Shown here: positions 33,301-38,204 of the stretch, in pieces
Layout of the letters: each line of letters starts with the position of its first letter
Numbering within the stretch: position 1 is the first letter of the stretch
Assembly (NCBI GenBank): GCA_023231475.1
Contig: JALJEE010002290.1
Coordinates: 1-38,204 of the forward strand
DNA: 38,204 nucleotides
Direction of reading: 5' to 3'
Source of the DNA: Seison nebaliae
Lineage: Eukaryota
Notes under the pieces: model-generated
What the model was told of the DNA's origin: nothing
Seen by the model: only the letters and a program-made list of their open reading frames with translations
Database searches by the model: none
Position numbers and translations under genes: made by a program

Positions 33301-35698
33301 TGAGACGGAAGAGAAAGATGAAAATGGAGATTCGAAGGAAAACGGAATAGAAATGACCGATGATTTTGACGTACCTGACGAAATGAAAGATGAAGGTGAA
33401 TTGGACGAAGAGACGACGGATCAAGAGAAGAATGAATTAGAAAATCAAGAAGGTGAAGTGAATGATCAGGAAGAGATTTTGGATAAGAATCTTTTCCCAG
33501 ATATCGACGACAATAATGAGGATGACAACGATGAAACAAAAAAAGAGAAAGAGAATAAGATAAATGAAAAAGAAAATGATGATGATGATAATAATAATGA
33601 TGATAATGATGATGATAATGAAATGAATGAGAATGAAATGAAAAAAAAAGATGATGAAGAATGTCGAAAGGATGAAAATACAAATAATAAGATGAGAAAT
33701 GATGGAAGAACAAATGAAAATGATGATAATTTGGGAAATGATGAACCGATTGAAAATGATGATGATTTGAATAAAGATGAATTGACGGAGAATGTGGAGG
33801 AAGATAAAGAAGAAGAAATGAATAATGATAATGAAGGAGAATCAACAACATTTTCTGATGATGAGAATATTTCTGATACGAATGAAAACGATAAAGATAC
33901 AATAATGGATGAAATAGACGATAAAGATGATTCAAAAGAACATCAAGATAGTGATGTGAATGATGAAGAATCGTGTGAAAATGAAGAAGATAATAATGGA
34001 GATTTCGATACTCCACCATCAGATAAAAAAGAAGAAATGAAAGGAGAAGATGATTTGGAAATATCGACTGAATTAGAAAAACGAAATGAACATGATGATA
34101 CGGAGATGACAGAAGCGAATGAAGCGATTAATGAGAATAATGAGAAATGTGAAGAATCGTCTGCTGCACAATGTGCAAATGATTCAAATGAATTAGATAA
34201 TGACGAAGATCAGAATGGAGATAATGATGAGAAAGAAGAAGAAAAATTCATTTCATCAAAATCAGGAAAATCAGCTGATGAGAAAGATGATGACGATAAG
34301 AATAACAATGAAGAAGATTCCTCAAATAAAATAGATGAAAATGATGAGAATAATCAGAAAGAAGATGATCTCCAATATGAGACGGGTGAATCAATATCAA
34401 CGAAACAAGAAGGTGATTCATCAAACGATCCGAATTTAGAACGGAAACCTCACCAGAAGAAGAAGAATGAGAGGAATGATCGCGAAATCATTGAAGAAAA
34501 TCAATCGACAATGAAAAAAGAAGAAATTAATGAGGAAAATATTAAGAATGAAAATGAGAAATCGAATGAAGATAATCAGACTCGACAAGGAAAACGAATG
34601 ATAGATGATGATGAAGAAGAGAATGTTGGAGAATCAGAAGAAATGATGGAAGATGGTCGTCTCGATTATGATACATTTTGTTCTATACTCGATTCATATA
34701 AACAAATCGATTCGATAGAAAATGAGAAAAATATTGAGAAATTCGGAAATGATTTAAATTCAAAAAATTCAAATCACAATATCATTGACGATGACAATGT
34801 GGTAAATAATGAGAAGAAATTGAATGTGAAAGTGATGAATGAACATGGACCGTTATTATGGAAAGCTGCCTGTTCCACCAGTCGACATGAAGCGACGGAA
34901 TTAGCGGAACGATTGAAAATCATTCTTCAACCAGATGTTTTCTCCAAATTTGAAGGTGATTATCGAAGTGGAAAACGTTTAAATATGAAACGATTAGTCT
35001 CTTTCGTCGCTAGTGATTATAGGAATGATCGAATATGGTTACGTCGTCGTCGACCTGATCGTCTTCAACGTCATATGATTATTGCCGTTGATGATTCATT
35101 GTCAATGAAAGAAACGGAATGTCAAGTTGTCGCTTATCAATCCATCGCATTATTAGCTCAAACTGCCATGTTTTGTGATATCGGTCGATTCGGTATTGTT
35201 TCATTTGGTGAACATGTTCATCAATTACATAAAGATCATATGCCATTTTCGATGAATGATGGAATTAAAGTTTTCTCTCAACTCTCTTTCAATGATAATC
35301 AAACGAATTATAATCAACTTTTAAATGAATCGATCGAATTATTTGATGACTCATCATCTTCAGGTAATGATCGAATAGAAAATTTATTGATAATTCTTTC
35401 AGACGGACGTGGTATCAATCCAAATCAATTAAAATCATCCATAGAAAAATTAAATGATCGAAACGTTTTCATTCTATTCATCGTTCTTGATCAACGAGAA
35501 AAGAATGCTGATAATTGTAAAATGTCAATCTTAGATCTCAACACAGTATCATACGACGAGCAGAGAAATATGAAAATAGAAAAATATATCGATAAATTTC
35601 CTTTCGATAATTATATCGTTGTCAATGATTATCGGAAAGTTTGTCGCATCATATCGAACAGCGTCGAATATTGGTGTCGACGATTAATGAACATCTAA
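21305..35698 (+). CDS. MDN1: Midasin (Rea1) AAA+ ATPase of 60S biogenesis, 4797 aa, uninterrupted ORF
   Basis: Tandem AAA modules (GEIGSGKS, GETGCGKT, GETSVGKT, GETGIGKT, GPPGTGKT plus a degenerate sixth), TQNP...YGGRKQLSRAFRNRF, a long linker, a D/E-rich tail, GDYRSGKRLNMKR and the MIDAS motifs IAVDDSLSM...ILSDGRG. An in-frame TGA lies just upstream of the ATG. Confidence 0.97.
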   Translation: MMDDVLYYDIFQLYKIVHGFSDDSVRFLEKEFIAQKLTYILFNERKDRQFSFLITYGLNILNYFIQLHIDKHGTNRQKFFIDYISIAAHLEKLSCYYVNFNRSLMEEMELVKELIFSKADTRLLLSYRRLLLESSNVWYRLYDEELFDNIEGNLSIRNDIKRLIKIGKENLWDKKHSSIHLDIFRDDFYWMELEAEKEVKDGIIKWFAMEDGKRLPLNTYENDREMIKNKLVNNITLPRNLKVYGSFLIFLSKQEDNISQMELTRFHMNDEIRNREMELIKFIHHSNIPAFLISGEIGSGKSSFVKYFANKLRRNLIQIQMHDSLDINSLISTYRFNESSSNEIQVVNGILVDAMEKGKIVLIENVNYANESIISFFLHLMRQMREYENVSNDPHNAYEEDRCYGRRYHIHPEFMLFFTIDKNEMKIENRNNLLKFLMKELPLINVSDHLVPGFEDGGNLEKYLEEFIGRMFRRLKRIGGVLSRVFLQMKEIIGDNRKRNYRRQYTFRDIIRSCNLLMERIETNKIVDIDCREYIPLIYIVLLSVYVGHLGSCDEERLIVQKRIGTILQIDFHQFDVLENYSLVTNIHHVCDECSAYQMNEEEVKTETFVEIGESLRLLQHLNVCIQLNETALIVGETGCGKTTCIKYLASQFHQKLVTINMSHDVESQDLIGFYRPTEILSILKRIFDQYLKWFNIWMRLATYLDQRTRITLSKKVVSTLNHVHDWLCENFEKVTLHNFHTFRQRLRFNLEIILLLMERDENNQKIVHNLIDQLKKISYGKLNNNRRHIFFEYQIGILTTAIENGHWILFDEINMASNETLQVIIPLLEMNERLPSITLFERGDEKPLKRHENFRMFATMNPSSDVVKKELPPVIHQKFFEHFMTEPTGKKDLEEIVSSYLKYLNSDRRDPIVEKIVDIYQTIKRRSKHVTVCLRNLCRSMRSFASFLKHFTIKQSLFHSLQMAFVTSTSDELIRKEISSLINSTIADLPLHFNLFLRKDDKYLNEENYEMIEGFPLRRVNDRNKITDNIINELLNRNTTTTITSVTPMQHIITESVRRNVEIIARSIFDENHYPMLLEGETSVGKTSVITFIANKLGRRLTRINNHQFIDVQDYVGSYSLNVNGSMKFNEGALIQAMKNGDWILLDELNLAPAAVLESLNCLLDENKELTISETGEIVKAHSDFMLFGTQNPAARYGGRKQLSRAFRNRFIELNIYEPPSLEIVEILEKRWNMPKTYARLLVKVSNEIEKHRSKSGIDAGMRHGLVTLRDLFRWANRYRLGDMEWKIDWKQYLADHGMMLLGERCREKDDREMIRQILEKTFSTKLSDDHLYGKNAKSNVTKNIIKKCLKILKDDGIKSEFQLSLTKNLLKTIVLSIVAMEYQEPILLVGETGIGKTSICQWITSLYYNYEKMNNKLDIINCHLNSETSDFIGTLRPSRGGKHLFEWYDGILVRCMENGYHLLIDEISLAEDAVIERINSVLEPERTIYLTEKFHATQEMIDDDNDDDDDDDDDIGKKRNAEDDNCEGEKRIRLNDPSSNQDKSDHSLNNQTVDNERIVEEKYDHMKIELKAKKSFRLYATMNPAGDYGKKELSTALRNRFTEIWMEESFDIDEYFNLASNRLVRSLTRLPKGTHDRFTRMLVDFWMEFKEDKNNLLATTTTTITLRDFVNWIRNAIGIYERKTDPLFGNAQSIFTGIVDSFMITIGYYIGTDYYTNRLEELTKQFVINHPRAKEKKIYLSYLTRQSMSIFSPQFNLTFPIRQQLKSNVFDFTNETAQRNLRRLIKCISVEGRAILIEGPPGTGKTASIERLGSLMDIDVRRINLSNQTELSDLFGSDLPNIDEEMIVNSQEQSKELFKWIDGPMLAGMKKGDWILLDEMNLASQAVLEGLNSCLDHRGEVYISELDRIFKINSRSRIFATQNSAETCIGRKHLPKSFLNRFMKLYFEQYQISDMKQIVEIKYGKKNKFDLFNIIPQILQHFPSSLYHINIRDVEKFAVLPTTQLSEQQLIILLKYYLSNLFNVDCERVIDEIFPTYANHFQMILYHSPLNLIKKRKDKYYLMKEEEEEGENEEEKQLKSFDIFNLPYWRLPNKLDSNFIQILTIFKNCLSSFPNQLYTITSDLFPSVIRSLRILSTHFHINLLSFVCHSEMEADDLFGTYEQYNLNRTLNKFLDNIFLRQRSQSILKEELRDLRQTHRYSSNGKMIREKLICIDQIIKSEFTSLRKAFERMKKTFQIDLNTFQSDEYNMDHLKGKFQFEESKFLEMVRKGGWVIMEHANLCSPSFIDRLNSLFETKGELIINENIGTYSIRAHSNFHLFLLIHPDARNDKQLSAPLISRSIQLKFCEELNEEKSIIAKHYQSLLTNEKLFHILQRNFSFDVSDVYDKVIDINCCEILLKEKRLFEFVYFYLFDDDIRLKGNETVTNIKLSGFSSILINFLFKFYEEIRVDKLFFEYTIDIILIRSYFQSKRRHPILHDIYRFLNLYLVYRLYGARYLHLSMFRGVDKIDRHYNILMNYMWEEREEENGQFHSMELPSYNEPFNFQTNNDEKNSLECYFKFFIIIHRLKIKSYELSIESLIELIYRTRSSVYLQSLRRLLNEYLKYLKNQNLLDVNRMKSSFSQYFPSEYSHFNKWTLMQTIIEFNRFDISQIEKKKKLQQLDIMPMDDFNRFSLDIIRKDDFLKMIHKKLFETMKNGELSKNIKSLPMPNLLEIWKADFDTLLPNYVFVEIVKKYAYYQVDEIKEKLLNIYETKGKLRKSIDMERCEMLRQFYFKDNNNNNNNNKKNKDKKENSEDMNSDLSFHRLTITDIECEKELNFDIIKLSELIPFDEFNVLYKALSLSLSNNDDVQSNMKRFVLPVIDRLMAAYDLSGLKSLIYYQLHIIAQWRLFSRQQRRMMHNTLIYDGNVLSAKLNVQLLIYYHSEISPNSNFLQLEEMRHKFLFRNIYMNLMEMKQKGLTTFHHLDDETDDGIMDDEIMSQTMTINDGNFGEENISDISSMDEEIWELVKNSAQLMMKSQKNRKTIMEDMKNLKDIIALFSLYTLQQQRKNMPNKRHVYMSAFCMLQELIAMTKQTNEVRNSFLFLSFKRILIDPTTYHQSIIERNRSRYDGKKRNSAVIDVSERLEKLIEQINLKVKELLEVFVDDSRLEEMKRNFCEYFHRKRSIPNILVCATLLRKHVIEFNKNVSAKRSFPTIIIDQLRRITIQCRQLELDDLKNILIETENSTHIFALKWFPMLISLFTIDQLACRSFHEIKTIIFDFITNSSVGEYRQRVNILGMLLNYLNYLISEDDGDKLERRWKILKYLRKFVRILYEFHSYNFIFENNVQNYRTLSNSFDVKLKSQIKILSSLLSNCSISDNYRSTITKCFDVQREYGASLKEPIHSIRWNWKHVKKFDGISFLNQFKFVYYLSRDESRLMVDYLKYEREELNLKEMKELTISLLNDYGDESGEIRRRAQSFQKERKLKKFDEEIVEKEKKDLARSANHLQQNFQLTLKQLLDNLFKFKLSYRKGERLLHQFEKTSLTQLIFNHQTLHQLIIERELKKKERKFPYVHQCEELGNSLLNLEVILLNSIFNNPNLRNNRKKEKHNLSLKGSKKLIHQLTSYLIHFIDESFKEIVMMDELIKRWNESKKHFHLFNLIISCKSVRHSYSTEIETKIFDKFIGQLIELQTILQFDNESIEQTTLLTKLDFFIEFLNDVQCQLSEWNVLRMSNKHLNFMPYLIRLNEKQIKELNLMREMKEIDIIQLLDRTINCGKKYFEENIINSIKSNFSYLTYILEENSTNFLKNFPNEEEVMECLIHPTLNEAEILFRCELQSISNIWRKRSEIGREDLMELMELNNNLSNRYGVEKFYVKFLKLSLQHPQENYEELKKLWKEEMDIFNAILKEHFKRHCEKRELLNDLIKFIIYSNEEDICNFEGIDLCLEEEKQQQQQQQQQSGDDGSETEPSGMGDIQDEDIMDDGTKNVSDEIQCEEEIEGLRNDDKDKPNEIDETEEKDENGDSKENGIEMTDDFDVPDEMKDEGELDEETTDQEKNELENQEGEVNDQEEILDKNLFPDIDDNNEDDNDETKKEKENKINEKENDDDDNNNDDNDDDNEMNENEMKKKDDEECRKDENTNNKMRNDGRTNENDDNLGNDEPIENDDDLNKDELTENVEEDKEEEMNNDNEGESTTFSDDENISDTNENDKDTIMDEIDDKDDSKEHQDSDVNDEESCENEEDNNGDFDTPPSDKKEEMKGEDDLEISTELEKRNEHDDTEMTEANEAINENNEKCEESSAAQCANDSNELDNDEDQNGDNDEKEEEKFISSKSGKSADEKDDDDKNNNEEDSSNKIDENDENNQKEDDLQYETGESISTKQEGDSSNDPNLERKPHQKKKNERNDREIIEENQSTMKKEEINEENIKNENEKSNEDNQTRQGKRMIDDDEEENVGESEEMMEDGRLDYDTFCSILDSYKQIDSIENEKNIEKFGNDLNSKNSNHNIIDDDNVVNNEKKLNVKVMNEHGPLLWKAACSTSRHEATELAERLKIILQPDVFSKFEGDYRSGKRLNMKRLVSFVASDYRNDRIWLRRRRPDRLQRHMIIAVDDSLSMKETECQVVAYQSIALLAQTAMFCDIGRFGIVSFGEHVHQLHKDHMPFSMNDGIKVFSQLSFNDNQTNYNQLLNESIELFDDSSSSGNDRIENLLIILSDGRGINPNQLKSSIEKLNDRNVFILFIVLDQREKNADNCKMSILDLNTVSYDEQRNMKIEKYIDKFPFDNYIVVNDYRKVCRIISNSVEYWCRRLMNI

Positions 35699-36444
35699 TA
35701 ACAATTATGTAAAATAATTCAATCACAAATTTCAATTAATATTTTCTACTATTTTCTTTTCATTTCTCCCATCCTCATTTTGTTACTACCTCGAAATTTG
35801 TAAATTTTTCAATTTCGACTCAGTTTCCACAATTCTAAATTTGTCAATACATCACTTTATCAAAAAAGTATTTGATTAAAATAAAATCTTTAATTTTAAA
35901 TCTGAAATTTTTTTTTTAAATTTTATATTGAATAAGTTGTAGATATTAATTCCGACATTATACTATCTATAAGGAAATTTGAAGAAACAAACTTAAATTT
36001 TCAATGAAATAAGATATTAAAAGTTTAACAATATGAGATATCTGATACTTTTGCTGTATGTTTTTCACATTATAAAATTACTATTATTATATTGAATGAT
36101 AATTTATTAAAAGTTATCGTTCACGAAATGTCATTGAAATCAGACGATGATAATTGTGGAAATAATGTTGGAACTGTTTTCCACATACTTTTTTTGGTAA
36201 TTGTATTTTTTCGTTATCTATTTCGTAATTCCTATGATTTTTTTTCATCATCTTTTATTAGAAAAATTAAGTTTTTATTTTATACTGTTGATAAGGAGTC
36301 TTGAATGACTACCTGTGGTAATTCTATGGTGAAAAAATTCTAAATATCGTTAAATAAAATACAACTAAAAGACATCGAACAATAAATTTAAGTTGATGTA
36401 AAGGAATTCTTATGTTGTGTAAAGCAATTGTGTAAAGTTTATAT

Positions 36445-36538
36445 GCCTCGGTAGCGCAGTTGGTTAGCGCGTCAGTCTCATAATCTAAAATATATATAAG
36501 CAATCTGAAGGTCGTGAGTTCGATCCTCACCCGGGGCA
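36445..36538 (+). tRNA. Elongator tRNA-Met(CAT) with a 20-nt intron (36483-36502)
   Basis: Acceptor GCCTCGG/CCGGGGC plus A73, D-arm GCGCAGTTGGTTAGCGC, anticodon arm TCAGT-CTCATA^A-TCTGA with CAT at 36479-81, T-arm GTGAG-TTCGATC-CTCAC. The exons closely match eukaryotic elongator Met, and the insert sits at canonical 37/38. Confidence 0.93.
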
Positions 36539-36543
36539 TAAAG

Positions 36544-36548
36544 TTTTT
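36544..36548 (+). terminator. RNA polymerase III terminator (T5) of tRNA-Met
   Basis: TTTTT begins 6 nt after the discriminator base. Confidence 0.7.
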
Positions 36549-37276
36549 AGATTTTTTCGAAATTATTTCGTCCATCAGGATTCAATGAGTCAAAATTTTT
36601 CTCGTATCAGTTCTCATGTGTGATCAAATAGATGAAAATCGCATTAGTAAAATAAAATAAAATAATTTTTTAATTTTAGTTCAATAAATAAAGAAAAAAA
36701 TTTTAAATTTCGAATCTTCCACTAGAAAGATAGATCTGAAGTTAAGTTTAAATGAAGAGTTTGATAACTAAAAATTGTTTCTAAAAACAATTTAAAAGAA
36801 TAAAAAACAACTGATAAAATGTTAGAGAGTCGTTGTTTCTCATACAAAGTTGTTAAGTTGAATTGGAAAAAATTTAATTTGTTTCTCTTGAAATAAGCTT
36901 CATAGTTTCAGTTCAAAAGATAAAAGTTCCAGATTTTATGTTTAAAATCGAATGGTATAAAGGAAAGCGAATAATTCAAAAATATTTTTTTTAAAATTAA
37001 TATCGAGTTTAAAAGGAAATTCCATGTTTATTATATTTCTATGTGTCTATGTCTGTTGAATGAATTGTTGAAACGTTTCATTGTTGAAATAAATCGTTAA
37101 GAGAAATGAACGAAATTCTCGAATAATGTCTTCTAATTTGCTTCGAAATTTCAGTCTCCATTTTGTTCTTTGATTCCTCACAGGACAATTTGTAGGATGA
37201 TATTTCGAAGTAAGTTAGAAGATTTTAAAGAGAAAACGAAATATGGAAAACGTTTTACACAAAGCTCATCAGATAA

Positions 37277-37397
37277 TATGACGGGAAGGAAATATTATTC
37301 CGTTATAATGGGTTATTAACTATTTCCACAAATTTTAACTGGAAATAGTTATGGATTCTATAAGGGTTTTATTAATCATATTATTAAGGGGCTTAAT
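37277..37397. repeat. Two hairpins plus TAAGGG motifs resembling the 20.6-kb repeat in inverted orientation
   Basis: TATGACGGGA/TTCCGTTATA (37277-86/37298-307, two G-T pairs); perfect 12-bp TAACTATTTCCA/TGGAAATAGTTA (37317-28/37340-51); TATAAGGGTT (37359-68); TAAGGGGCTTAAT (37385-97). Confidence 0.55.
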
Positions 37398-38204
37398 CTC
37401 TAAGAGAATAATGGCATTTTCGAAAATCGGCAAATTCAACTACTTATCCAATTGAAACTGAAAAATACTGAAAAAATATAGATAGTTTTGATATCAGATT
37501 TATTGGATGGATGAAATGTGATATGACGAATGGTATGAAAAGTTTAAATATATTCTGAATTAATTGTCAATATGATTAAAAACTATACAATGACGTTACC
37601 TATTTGGAAAAACTCAATTAATAATTATATTTATATATAAATAAATAAGCTTATGAGTACTATACTACTATGTTAATACAATACCCTTTGAAAAAGGAAA
37701 GATTTGGCCAGAAATTGTTGTTACAAATGAACTCATGATCAAGTGGAATAGATAAAAATAAAACATTCGCTATGTAATCATCTAACTATTTGTCACCATA
37801 TTTTTGGTATTACCAAACAAAAATAACAAACCGCTATCATAAAGTTTTCACATTGAAAGCAACCCGTGAAAGAAGATGATGAATTCAAAATATTTTACAA
37901 TGACGAGAGATATCGTTCAAGCAGTATAGCCGAAAAAGGTGGCAATTTTACAATGGCAAATAAAATAGACCCGAAGAATATAATAGTATAATGTTTTTAG
38001 TATATATTTATTTATATTAACAAGACAATTTTTGAATTGGATGTTCTAACCAAAATATTATAGATCGATACCGAAAATACTTTCTGATCATGGATTCTGA
38101 TGATCATATTTTCTATTCATGGATTAATTTGTTTAATAAAATTTAAGAATCATCTACAATGTTTTCTTTGTTCATTAATTTTTTATTTGTTATTTCTTAC
38201 AGGT

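Noticed and set aside
33045..34019. His/Leu-rich 324-aa ORF on the - strand, and other short antisense ORFs inside MDN1
   Set aside because: Antisense shadows of GAT/GAA/AAT-rich midasin codons.
7392..35698. DUSP12 and MDN1 as a ribosome-biogenesis gene cluster
   Set aside because: They are separated by 13 kb and several unrelated genes, so coincidence is sufficient.
36324..36575. 83-aa ORF on the - strand
   Set aside because: It is the antisense reading of the tRNA-Met gene (PRVRIELTTFRL...YETDALTNCATEA is a typical tRNA shadow peptide).

Overview
AT-rich, gene-dense eukaryotic nuclear DNA, almost certainly from a ciliated animal with a compact genome (CRELD, CD164/porimin-like, calaxin and CCDC146 genes). 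The species cannot be named from sequence alone. Splicing the ORF fragments by hand gives intact genes in this order: a 5'-truncated LINE endonuclease fragment, a secreted orphan, a CD164/TMEM123-like mucin, CIAO3 (Nar1), KGD4/MRPS36, DUSP12, calaxin (EFCAB1) and CCDC146 head-to-head on a short promoter with RFX X-boxes, a small membrane-protein ORF, RGP1, an expanded CRELD2-like gene, a probable decayed retroelement with tandem repeats and a hairpin cluster, an uninterrupted 4797-aa midasin ORF and an intron-containing elongator tRNA-Met. The most striking observation concerns splicing. All 28 introns I could reconstruct (six genes, both strands, 41-76 nt) begin with GTT. None starts GTA or GTG, and the usual +4A/+5G/+6T consensus is essentially absent. 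This suggests a rewired 5' splice-site code and a divergent U1/U6 recognition system. All gene models and family assignments are manual and rely on remembered motifs; no database searches were run.
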